The translations under genes and the position numbers were made by a program. This document shows, piece by piece, positions 24,898 through 33,034 of a stretch of DNA of 38,180 nucleotides. The stretch covers positions 1 through 38,180 of the forward strand of contig JAIETW010000006.1 of assembly GCA_019744845.1 (NCBI GenBank), given 5' to 3'. This DNA is from Patescibacteria group bacterium. GTDB taxonomy: Bacteria; Patescibacteriota; Minisyncoccia; Phycocordibacterales; Phycocordibacteraceae. The notes beneath the pieces are model-generated. The model was not told where the DNA came from. It searched no databases and saw nothing but the letters and a program-made list of their open reading frames with translations. How positions within the stretch are numbered: position 1 is the first letter of the stretch; each line of letters opens with the position of its first letter.

Positions 24898-25407
24898 ATG
24901 GACTCAAAAGCGACGGAGACGGCGTTCCTTGAACTTCATACCCGCTATGCGGATCCTCTCTTTCGGCACGCGTACTTTCGGGTGAGCGATCGGGATATCG
25001 CTCGCGACATCACCCAGGAGTCCTTCTTGCGGATGTGGGAATATCTTTCGGCTGGGAACCAGGTAGACAACCCGAAAGCGTTCCTCTTCCGCGTCGCAGG
25101 GAACCTCGTGATTGATCACTACCGTAAGAAAAAGGGCACCTCGCTTGAGACTCTTCAGGAAGACGGCTTTGATCCAATCGGGGACGATGCCGAGGGCATT
25201 ACAGATGCGGCAGAAGGTACGCATGTGATGAAAGCACTATCGGGGCTTCCTGCCAAAGAGCGCGAGGTTCTCATGATGCGGTATGGCGAAGAGCTTTCAG
25301 TAAGCGAGATCGCCGCGATTTTAGGAGAATCTGCAAATGCCATCTCCGTGCGCATACACCGCGCGACGAAGCGGTTACGAGATCTATTTGACCATGGACC
25401 CAATTAA
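24898..25407 (+). CDS. ECF-type RNA polymerase sigma factor (sigma-70 family group 4)
   Basis: Region 2 (DIARDITQESFLRMWEY) and region 4 HTH (LSVSEIAAILGESANAISVRIHRATKRLR). Confidence 0.9.
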   Translation: MDSKATETAFLELHTRYADPLFRHAYFRVSDRDIARDITQESFLRMWEYLSAGNQVDNPKAFLFRVAGNLVIDHYRKKKGTSLETLQEDGFDPIGDDAEGITDAAEGTHVMKALSGLPAKEREVLMMRYGEELSVSEIAAILGESANAISVRIHRATKRLRDLFDHGPN

Positions 25408-26596
25408 ACAACTCAAAACTCATTTTCGTACACTTCGTCTTTCTGACGAGGAGCGTGGTGCAATGCGCGACGTGCTTTTGACACGCATGCGCGCGACTCA
25501 AGCGCTTCCACGTATTCCATCTCCGTACGCGGGTGTGTTCATGACGCTTACGTTTAAACGCATGACGGCATTCGTCGCATTCCTTGCGGTTATCACGGCA
25601 GGCACTGGCTCTGTTGCTGCAGCGGCCGAAGGTGCAGTGCCAGGCGACACTATGTATGCCGTAAAGGTGCATTTCAATGAACGAGTGGCGACGCTCACGG
25701 CACTCACTCCCTCGTCTCGTGCGGCAGTCGCAACTTCACACGCAGAGCGTCGTCTTGAAGAAGCGGAAGTGCTTGTGGCGCGTGGCGAACTCAATGAGAC
25801 TGTTGCGATGGAACTCTCCGAACGATTTAGTAAATCAGCAGAAGAGGCAATCATTCATATTGATGGTTTGACGAACAAAGATCTTGAAGAAGCCACGATC
25901 GCGTCCGTAGAATTTGAAACCGTACTTTCTGCCCACGGCCGGATTCTTGATGACATTGTGACAGCGCGTGCTGATGAAGTGCCCGAAGTGGTCGCGGTGC
26001 TTCGTGCCGACCTGGCAGAACGTGCAGAGACTATCGCGCGGAAACGTGACGAATCCCGTCTTGCGTTTGTGGACGAAGAGGATGGAAGGCAGGCAAGCGA
26101 ACGCATCTTTGCCTCCGTATCTCGCGATGCGCAAGATGCCGCAGAGAATCTTGCACGCGAATCTAAGGGCTTGGAGCCTGAGGATGTATTGGCGCTTGAG
26201 AGTCGTGCATCTGCCATTGCGATCGCACTTGATGAAGGACGGGCAAAGTATGAACGTGGTGCGTATGGCGATGCGCTTGCTGAGTTTGAGCGCGCAAAAT
26301 CCTATATTGGTATCGGCGAGCGCTTGCTTGAAGCAAAGGCACGCTTTGATGAGCCAGGAGAAATGCCAGAAGATGAGATGCCGATTGAGGAACCAGTAGA
26401 GCAGACAATCGCAACTACAATGGTAGAAGACGCTCTGGCACCTGAAGTGGACACCATGATGATGGCAACAGAGATGCGTGTCATGGCCACGAATACTGCC
26501 ACTGATACGGCAACGACTACCGAGTTGAAAAAGGAGGCGCCTCGTGAGTTTGTGCCTCGCGTGCCTCGCCCGATTCGTATTAACCTGACCCCCTAA
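25394..26596 (+). CDS. putative anti-sigma factor / DUF5667-like single-pass membrane protein
   Basis: Start ATG 25394 (MDPIKQLK...) overlaps the sigma gene's end by 14 nt. One TM helix (AFVAFLAVITAGTGSVAAAA), then PGDTMYAVKVHFNERV and long helical repeats. Acidic C-terminus. Confidence 0.6.
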   Translation: MDPIKQLKTHFRTLRLSDEERGAMRDVLLTRMRATQALPRIPSPYAGVFMTLTFKRMTAFVAFLAVITAGTGSVAAAAEGAVPGDTMYAVKVHFNERVATLTALTPSSRAAVATSHAERRLEEAEVLVARGELNETVAMELSERFSKSAEEAIIHIDGLTNKDLEEATIASVEFETVLSAHGRILDDIVTARADEVPEVVAVLRADLAERAETIARKRDESRLAFVDEEDGRQASERIFASVSRDAQDAAENLARESKGLEPEDVLALESRASAIAIALDEGRAKYERGAYGDALAEFERAKSYIGIGERLLEAKARFDEPGEMPEDEMPIEEPVEQTIATTMVEDALAPEVDTMMMATEMRVMATNTATDTATTTELKKEAPREFVPRVPRPIRINLTP

Positions 26597-26601
26597 ACGG
26601 G

Positions 26602-26642
26602 GCCGGGGAGGCCGTTACGCTTCGTGCGTCGGCCTCCCCGGC
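26602..26642. terminator. long GC-rich hairpin (13 + 4 bp) in a convergent gap; no U-tract
   Basis: gccggggaggccg (26602-26614) pairs with cggcctccccggc (26630-26642). The inner pair is acgc/gcgt. Confidence 0.45.
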
Positions 26643-26781
26643 AATCATCTGCCCCTCTTCTGGGTCTCGGTCTTCTGGGACCCTTTATGTGTGGTGGACA
26701 TAGGTACCTATGACGGTCTGACGGTTAGCGCGCTAGTAATAGCTCACTACCGTATCAAGAAGTGCGTGAACTCTAGATGAA

Positions 26782-27918
26782 TTACGCCTTATCTTGTTTC
26801 TGCGGCCCAAAATACTTAGAGAAATCCACACTAACTTGCTGAAGATCGTCATTGTCCTCTTCTTTTTCTATACGTCCACAGGGGAGGGTCACCGCGACGC
26901 TGGTGCCGTGTCCAGGGGAAGACTTAATGGTAATGCTTCCATGGTGAAGCTTCACCAACTCAGAGACAATCGCAAGACCAAGTCCGCTTCCGCCACTACC
27001 GCGCGTACGAGAACTGTCTGCGCGATAGAATGGTTCAAAAATGTGAAGAAGATCTTCCTCGCTGATACCGATACCAGAGTCTTCAACGGTGGTGACGATG
27101 TGTCCGCGATAATCGGGGGTAATGCGCACCTTTATCACTCCTTCTGATTGTGTATAGTTTGCGGCATTTTTCACCAGGTTCATGACGATCTGCTCCAGTG
27201 CGGTGAGGTTTCCCCATACTGTGGCGTACTCACTTCTCTCAACAGTCACCGTGAGCTTCTTTCGCTCGGTAAGTCCCGCGAGGTGGGCTAATACTCGGTC
27301 TGCGACGACACCCATATCAACGTTATCAAAGGGAATCTTCTCAGGGCGCACGAGGACGTTGAGGGAGAGAAGGTTGTTGATGATGTCAGAAATGCGATCA
27401 AGTTCCTCAACCGTACTGGTAAGGGTGTCGCGTGCGTCCTTGGGAAGCGTCTCGTCAAAGAGCGTGACCTCGGTATTGGTTTTAATAATAGAGAGCGGTG
27501 TACGCAGTTCGTGCGCGACGTTCCCGATAAAGAGTTTCTGCGACTCCAGTGCGTTACGCGTCGGGGCGAGCGTGAGGCGTGCAAGGAGATACCCGAAGAT
27601 CGCGGTGGTAAGCGTAATAGCTGCCGCAATAAGCACGAAGTTTCTATCCTTGAGATACTCCAGGTTCTCTACGATGACGGCACTGGTCGTCGTCCCCGAT
27701 GCCACAATACCCGTCATGATGCCTACCAGAAGATTGGTAGAGACATCTTTATAGAGCACAGAAAATCCAACCGCCACGAGGGCGAGGATAAGGGTAGTAA
27801 ACAAGACCTGGAGAACAATGACGTTCAGTTCCGTTCGGAAGAACAGGTCGTGCTTATACTTACGCGCGAAGGCGGTAACCGATTCCACGAACTGTTTCAA
27901 TAAGGGAAGGTTCGCCAT
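26782..27918 (-). CDS. sensor histidine kinase (HisKA + HATPase_c), two N-terminal TM helices
   Basis: H-box AHELRTPLS, N-box LVKNAANYT, G-boxes DSGIGI and GSGLGLAIV. Start uncertain (ATG 27957, 27951 or 27918, or GTG 27927). It overlaps the end of the response regulator gene. Confidence 0.88.
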   Translation of the reverse strand: MANLPLLKQFVESVTAFARKYKHDLFFRTELNVIVLQVLFTTLILALVAVGFSVLYKDVSTNLLVGIMTGIVASGTTTSAVIVENLEYLKDRNFVLIAAAITLTTAIFGYLLARLTLAPTRNALESQKLFIGNVAHELRTPLSIIKTNTEVTLFDETLPKDARDTLTSTVEELDRISDIINNLLSLNVLVRPEKIPFDNVDMGVVADRVLAHLAGLTERKKLTVTVERSEYATVWGNLTALEQIVMNLVKNAANYTQSEGVIKVRITPDYRGHIVTTVEDSGIGISEEDLLHIFEPFYRADSSRTRGSGGSGLGLAIVSELVKLHHGSITIKSSPGHGTSVAVTLPCGRIEKEEDNDDLQQVSVDFSKYFGPQKQDKA

Positions 27919-28534
27919 CGCGGTCGAGTTTCTTGCGGAGGTTTTTGACATGGACATCTATGACATTGCTGAACGATTCATAATTGAAGTCCCAGAGGTG
28001 CGAGAGGAGATCTTCACGATTCACCACCTCATTGGGGTGCCGCATGAAGTACTCGAGCAGTGTAAACTCTTTGAGCGTAAGTTCAATCTCGGCACCCTCA
28101 CGGCGTACGACGTGCTCGCCTGGATCAAGTTCAATCTCGGCGATCTTAAGAATGTCAGGTACCGTCGTGACTGGCCGGCGAAGCAGGGCGTGTACGCGTG
28201 CAAGAAGCTCTTCAAACGAGAACGGCTTCACGAGGTAGTCGTCTGCACCTGAGAGAAGGAGCTTCACCTTATTCTCGGTTTCGTTACGTGCGGTAAGGAC
28301 GAGAATCGGTACCGTCACCCCACGACTCCGGGCCTCCTCACAGACCTCGTGGCCTGACTTTGAGGGGAGCATAAGGTCCAAGATCACGAGATCGTAGTCG
28401 GCACGGTGGACGGAAAGACGCGTGAGTGCCTCCGCACCGTCGCCGACGATATCAACCGCGTATCCGCGCTTCTCAAGCCCCTTTTTAATTCCTTCAGCGA
28501 GCTTCTGCTCGTCTTCTACAATAAGTATTCGCAT
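27860..28534 (-). CDS. OmpR/PhoB-family DNA-binding response regulator
   Basis: Receiver domain (ILIVEDE, phospho-acceptor LVILDLMLP, KPF) plus a winged-helix output domain (LTLKEFTLLEYFM...VRGIGYRL). Confidence 0.92.
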   Translation of the reverse strand: MRILIVEDEQKLAEGIKKGLEKRGYAVDIVGDGAEALTRLSVHRADYDLVILDLMLPSKSGHEVCEEARSRGVTVPILVLTARNETENKVKLLLSGADDYLVKPFSFEELLARVHALLRRPVTTVPDILKIAEIELDPGEHVVRREGAEIELTLKEFTLLEYFMRHPNEVVNREDLLSHLWDFNYESFSNVIDVHVKNLRKKLDRDGEPSLIETVRGIGYRLRA

Positions 28535-28650
28535 AAAGGTACACGTTCAATATCTAGGCGGATAATCCGACACCTCTACAGTTCATCATAACTATCATGA
28601 ACGGTTCATGAAAGGTCTTCATGGAGGGCCTATCTCAAGGCCAAGACGCT

Positions 28651-29274
28651 TTAGCGACCAGAGGACCGCTTCCACTCAGTGAGTGTCCCCGCCTGACGCT
28701 CAATTGCGCTTGAGGGTCGGATACGACGACGATTCTTTGGAGGGATTGTGGGGAAGTGGGGGATGCGATCTAGGTCTGTGGCGAGGTGCCAGAGATTGTC
28801 TTCCGCTGTCACCCAGCTCGTACCTAAGACACTGAGGTTGTACGGACGAGAAAAGCTACGAAGCGTCTTCTTGCCATTCTTGTTGAGGAAGTATTCGTGG
28901 AAATAGGACATCGCCAGTTCTCGGACTGTCTTGTACACAGGATCTCGGTAGCGGAGCGTGACATGGTTCGTCTTACTAATGGCTCCCCAGTACCCATTTA
29001 CCTTGAAAAGGGCAACCACGTGTTCGTCGTCCTCAGGGTCAGTCTTAAGATCAAGGAGAAGTGGTTTCTCACCTTGAACCCACAGCGCCGCAGCCGCAAG
29101 AAGCGCGCCTTCCATGCAGTGCGCACGTTGTGCTCGGAGCACGCGCCGGGGAGACATCAATGTTTCTTCAGTCTTTTCAAAGTTTATCGGTAATGTATCA
29201 AGGTACTCTTGAATCTTCTCGGGGGTAGAGAGTTTCTTGAGCGTACGAAGCTCTGCGGACGATAGGCCGAACAT
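28651..29274 (-). CDS. hypothetical protein; possible transglutaminase/papain-like Cys-His fold
   Basis: 207 aa. Candidate nucleophile in RAHCMEGALLAAAAL, followed by DDEHVVALF and a later Asp. TAAGAT (29283-29288, minus) lies 8 nt upstream of ATG 29274. The fold assignment rests on motif resemblance only. Confidence 0.45.
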   Translation of the reverse strand: MFGLSSAELRTLKKLSTPEKIQEYLDTLPINFEKTEETLMSPRRVLRAQRAHCMEGALLAAAALWVQGEKPLLLDLKTDPEDDEHVVALFKVNGYWGAISKTNHVTLRYRDPVYKTVRELAMSYFHEYFLNKNGKKTLRSFSRPYNLSVLGTSWVTAEDNLWHLATDLDRIPHFPTIPPKNRRRIRPSSAIERQAGTLTEWKRSSGR

Positions 29275-29326
29275 ATACCACTATCTTAACGCACCATTCA
29301 TAGGGGCATGAGGTATTCTTAGCAGT

Positions 29327-29389
29327 ATGAACAAAATCGGCATGATTCTTGTGCTGATTGTAGGAGGTGGGGGGATATTTTACCTTTGA
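29327..29389 (+). CDS. candidate 20-aa hydrophobic micropeptide (MNKIGMILVLIVGGGGIFYL)
   Basis: GGTATTCT (29312-29319), 7 nt, then ATG 29327, which is the same geometry as the other first genes. Single TM-like segment. Below the ORF-track size cutoff. Confidence 0.3.
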   Translation: MNKIGMILVLIVGGGGIFYL

Positions 29390-29550
29390 GTACGTACTCC
29401 GCCGCTTCCGGAAGGAGATCGTGCACCACTTATCGTCGGTGATGATTTTGTGCCCACCATATTTCGGACGACCGTGCAGGTGCCATCTTCCGCATCATCC
29501 GTGCGGGTGAGTAAGAAATAGAGTCTTTGTGCGTCATATATACTAGCGAC

Positions 29551-30729
29551 ATGAAGCGATTCTTTTCACTATTTATTCTTCTTGCACTCGTAACGACCAC
29601 GATGCCAGTATCCGCACAGGCTGCGGACTTTGAGGTGTCTGGCTGGATTCCGTACTGGAAGAGTACTGAAGGAACCAAGGATGCCAAGAAGCATTTGAGT
29701 GAACTCACGGAAGTGAATCCGTTTGCGTACTCGGTGACCTCAAATGGAGATCTTAAAGACCTTGCGGGTCTTAAGAAGAGTGTATGGAAGAACTTCTTTA
29801 AGGCAGCAGACAAAAAAGACGTCCGCATTATCCCTACTATCATGTGGAGCGACACGAATAACATTCATCGTATCCTCTCTGACAGCGATCTCCGTGAAGA
29901 TCACATAGACGAGATTGTGAACATGGTAAAGAAAGGGAAGTATGACGGAGTGGACATAGACTACGAGGCAAAACTTGCCGCAACCCGCCCGTACTTCTCT
30001 ACCTTCCTCAAGGAACTAGATGAAGAGCTCGGCACCAAGATGCTTGCGTGTACGATTGAAGCCCGTACCCCACCAGACTCGCTCTACCGGACCATCCCTG
30101 CGAATCTTGAATACGCAAATGATTATAAGGAAATCAACACATACTGTGACCGGGTGCGCATCATGGCCTACGACCAGCAGCGTGCAGATATAAAGCTCAA
30201 CGACGCGCGCTCCGGAAGTCCATATATGCCAGTGGCAGATCCGGCATGGGCAGAGAAGGTGATTCAACTTGCCCTTAAGGACATAGACGAAGATAAGCTT
30301 GTGCTTGCGGTGCCTACCTACGGTTTTGAATACACACTCACCGTTTCTCCAAACTGGTATCAGAACTATGCACGTCAGTGGTCTGTCACCGATGCGTATG
30401 CGAAAGATCTTGCAGATGATCTCAATATTGAACCAATGCGCAATGCAGCAGGCGAACTTTCGTTCTCCTACATCTCTACCACCACGCCAAGTATGATTCC
30501 GCGTAGTACCCGCGCACCTTCGGGGACGCCTGAGGGAAATGAGGCCGCGGCGCGTGCGCTTGCGTATGCGAATGCAACCGGTGCAACCACGCAGGTGAAT
30601 CTCGTATGGTGGACGGATGCGGAAGCAGTAGAGCGTAAGGTAGATTTGGCTAAGAAGTATGGTCTTCGTGGCATTGCCATCTTCCGCGTAGACGGAACTG
30701 AAGATCAGGACATCTGGGATCTGTTCTAA
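29551..30729 (+). CDS. secreted glycoside hydrolase family 18 protein (chitinase / YaaH-like)
   Basis: Start ATG 29551 lies 6 nt after TATACT (29539-29544). Signal peptide MKRFFSLFILLALVTTTMPVSAQA. Catalytic DxxDxDxE motif YDGVDIDYE. Confidence 0.85.
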   Translation: MKRFFSLFILLALVTTTMPVSAQAADFEVSGWIPYWKSTEGTKDAKKHLSELTEVNPFAYSVTSNGDLKDLAGLKKSVWKNFFKAADKKDVRIIPTIMWSDTNNIHRILSDSDLREDHIDEIVNMVKKGKYDGVDIDYEAKLAATRPYFSTFLKELDEELGTKMLACTIEARTPPDSLYRTIPANLEYANDYKEINTYCDRVRIMAYDQQRADIKLNDARSGSPYMPVADPAWAEKVIQLALKDIDEDKLVLAVPTYGFEYTLTVSPNWYQNYARQWSVTDAYAKDLADDLNIEPMRNAAGELSFSYISTTTPSMIPRSTRAPSGTPEGNEAAARALAYANATGATTQVNLVWWTDAEAVERKVDLAKKYGLRGIAIFRVDGTEDQDIWDLF

Positions 30730-30747
30730 CCCTGCTACAATCTCCTT

Positions 30748-31734
30748 ATGACAGGAGAAGGCGATCCTACAGGATCTTCGGGGCCGAGTACTGTATTTTC
30801 CATTCTTGAACGAATGGATTCCCGAAGCCGTAAGGACTTCTTCTTAAATCTCTCGCTCGCGAGTCAAGAGGAGTTTCGCACCCGACTCGCGAGCGAACAA
30901 GGCTGGGATCGTACACGCATTGATGCGTATTTCGGGATTGTGTCTGACGCTCCTACTCCTCCATCACCAGACCCTAAACCAGAGCGTAGACTAGGCAGAC
31001 CGAAAGTTGAGTCTCGTGGGCCGTGGGGTCAAGATCGTCTTGGGTGGTATAAGATTCATCACCCTGATCTCACACGCTCACAGCTCAAGGAAGAGAATCG
31101 TCCGCTCTATGAAGATTTAACATCACACGGAGAACTAGACTCCATTCCGGTGAAGCGAGCATTTAATGACAACCCTCTTGCATTTTATCGTCTCCATTAC
31201 GCAGGGGAGACGCGAGGAGAACTGCAGGCAAGTAATCCGACGCTGTATCAGGCGTTGTTGCGTCGTGATCAATTAGGGGAGATACCTCTCAAACGTCCGT
31301 ACGGTGATGATCCGTTCGCGCACTATGATAAACACTATTCAGGAGTGACGCGTGGACAGCTCGCGAAACGCGATCCCGCTTTTTATAACTATCTGTATCG
31401 TCGCAATCTTCATACAGAAATTCCGCTACAAGAAGTGCGACCCAAAAGGGGATCATACAAACAGACTCAGACAGATATTGAGCCTTCACCGGAGTTGCCT
31501 CGTGAGCCACGCGGAGCTCCTTTCAAGGCATTTACCGGAGAAACTACTGCGGCGATAGAGTACTGGGATACGAGCATGTCTAATCCTCGTATGGTGCTAC
31601 AACCTGTGTCTGCTCGTAAGTACCTTGAGCTTTATCGCGGTGGGCAACTTCGTTTCCAAATAGAGAACACAGAGCCACCTGAGTCGTATCCCACTCTAGA
31701 GGAAGTAGAGGAAAAAGTTTCCAAGAGGGGCTAA
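30748..31734 (+). CDS. hypothetical protein with three tandem 46-aa repeats
   Basis: TACAAT (30736-30741), 6 nt, then ATG 30748. The repeats share xY..H....TR..L....(N/D)..(L/F)Y..L.......IP. Pro-rich linker before the repeats. Confidence 0.6.
   Translation: MTGEGDPTGSSGPSTVFSILERMDSRSRKDFFLNLSLASQEEFRTRLASEQGWDRTRIDAYFGIVSDAPTPPSPDPKPERRLGRPKVESRGPWGQDRLGWYKIHHPDLTRSQLKEENRPLYEDLTSHGELDSIPVKRAFNDNPLAFYRLHYAGETRGELQASNPTLYQALLRRDQLGEIPLKRPYGDDPFAHYDKHYSGVTRGQLAKRDPAFYNYLYRRNLHTEIPLQEVRPKRGSYKQTQTDIEPSPELPREPRGAPFKAFTGETTAAIEYWDTSMSNPRMVLQPVSARKYLELYRGGQLRFQIENTEPPESYPTLEEVEEKVSKRG
31045..31458 (+). repeat. three tandem 138-nt (46-codon) intragenic repeats
   Basis: aa 100-145 WYKIHHPDLTRSQLKEENRPLYEDLTSHGELDSIPVKRAFNDNPLA; aa 146-191 FYRLHYAGETRGELQASNPTLYQALLRRDQLGEIPLKRPYGDDPFA; aa 192-237 HYDKHYSGVTRGQLAKRDPAFYNYLYRRNLHTEIPLQEVRPKRGSY. 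Confidence 0.7.
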
Positions 31735-32480
31735 ACGAAGATCTTCGTTCGGCGTATAGACAGTGCAAGCGCACCCGCACCAAGCTTCTTGCCAATATCT
31801 TCTGCCAGAGTGCGCATGTAGATACCGGCACTCGTGCGTACGCGGATAGTGAGCACGGGGTAGGTGGTGGGTCGCAGTGTCTTTTTCCACTCTGCGCGTA
31901 CTTCTTCTTTTCTGAAGTTTCGTCCTAGTGCTTTTGATTGTTCAGTCACAGGAGTAAGGGTGGAAATCTTCTTTTCTACGTATGTTTCTAGCCACTGTGC
32001 TGACACGCGACGGAGTCCTTTGTACGCGAGTGAATGAATCGTGCCGTTTTGGAGTGGGACCTCTACTGACTCTTCTTCCAGTGTCCACTGGAATAGAGGC
32101 TTTCCTTGAACGGTCTTAGAAGAGAACTGAGGGTAGGGACTTTGGTACGGGCCTATAAATAAAGGAAGTATCTTCTTTATTTCCTGAGCAGTAGGAAATA
32201 CGGCTGGATGTGACTTAGTGATACCAAGCACGTCTCCTGCATCAGAAGAGACACCAAGCAATACCTCCACAATATATTCTTTATTGAGTGCATGGTATTC
32301 CTTCTGTCGCTTACACTCGTCACCGACGAGAATGAGAAGTTTTCCTGAGGCCATTGGATCAAGTCTTCCTGCATAGGCCATAGGGACTGAAGAGGGAATG
32401 CGACGACTCTTTCGTCCACGCTCCAGTGCCTGGAGCGGAGTCTCTCCCACCTTCTTGTTCATCATGAATTTCTTCACCAT
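31731..32480 (-). CDS. truB: tRNA pseudouridine(55) synthase
   Basis: Catalytic Asp motif AGRLDPMASGKLLILVG. 249 aa. CATACT (32490-32495, minus) lies 9 nt upstream of ATG 32480. Confidence 0.88.
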   Translation of the reverse strand: MVKKFMMNKKVGETPLQALERGRKSRRIPSSVPMAYAGRLDPMASGKLLILVGDECKRQKEYHALNKEYIVEVLLGVSSDAGDVLGITKSHPAVFPTAQEIKKILPLFIGPYQSPYPQFSSKTVQGKPLFQWTLEEESVEVPLQNGTIHSLAYKGLRRVSAQWLETYVEKKISTLTPVTEQSKALGRNFRKEEVRAEWKKTLRPTTYPVLTIRVRTSAGIYMRTLAEDIGKKLGAGALALSIRRTKIFV

Positions 32481-32536
32481 ATATGGGGGAGTATGGGGGT
32501 TGCGAAGAAGCGGGGCAAGCGTGGTAGTCTTGAGGC

Positions 32537-33034
32537 GTGAAAGTCTATATCACTGGTGCCTCAGGGACGGGGAAGACAAGTATTGCACGCGAGCTTGCCG
32601 CGCGTGGTATTCCTACGCTTGATATGGACACCATTTGCCATCGCGCACATAGAGAGACAGGAGAGGAAGTTGGATGGGAGCCAGGGAAGCCTGAAGAGTG
32701 GTACGAAGCACACGGATGGGTGTGTAATGTGGGCACACTTGAAGAATTCCTTGCGGCACATGAGACGGCGGTCGCGGTCGGACTTTCCTCGGATCAAGAC
32801 GACTACCTTAAACTCTTTGACAAGGTATTTGTACTCTATGCACGCCCTGAGGTGATCATTGAACGCCTGAACGCACGAAAGGATAACGAGTATGGGAAGC
32901 ACCCCCGTGAACAGGAACGTCTCCTTAAGTGGCACCGTATGTTTGAACAGGAGATGGAAACAAAAGGGGCCATTCCGATTAATACGGAGCGACCCTTGAG
33001 TGAGACGGTAGAAGATATTCTTACGCGCTTCTAG
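32537..33034 (+). CDS. P-loop NTPase / small nucleotide-kinase-like protein
   Basis: GTG start 6 nt after TAGTCT (32525-32530). Walker A GASGTGKTS. Size and layout resemble adenylate or shikimate kinase-like AAA proteins. Confidence 0.65.
   Translation: MKVYITGASGTGKTSIARELAARGIPTLDMDTICHRAHRETGEEVGWEPGKPEEWYEAHGWVCNVGTLEEFLAAHETAVAVGLSSDQDDYLKLFDKVFVLYARPEVIIERLNARKDNEYGKHPREQERLLKWHRMFEQEMETKGAIPINTERPLSETVEDILTRF

Noticed and set aside
27860-27957. Unusually long (59-98 nt) overlap between the response regulator and kinase genes as a recoding signal
   Set aside because: It is most simply explained by an uncertain kinase start (ATG 27918 or GTG 27927). The first TM helix begins only after the overlap, and no slippery site is evident.
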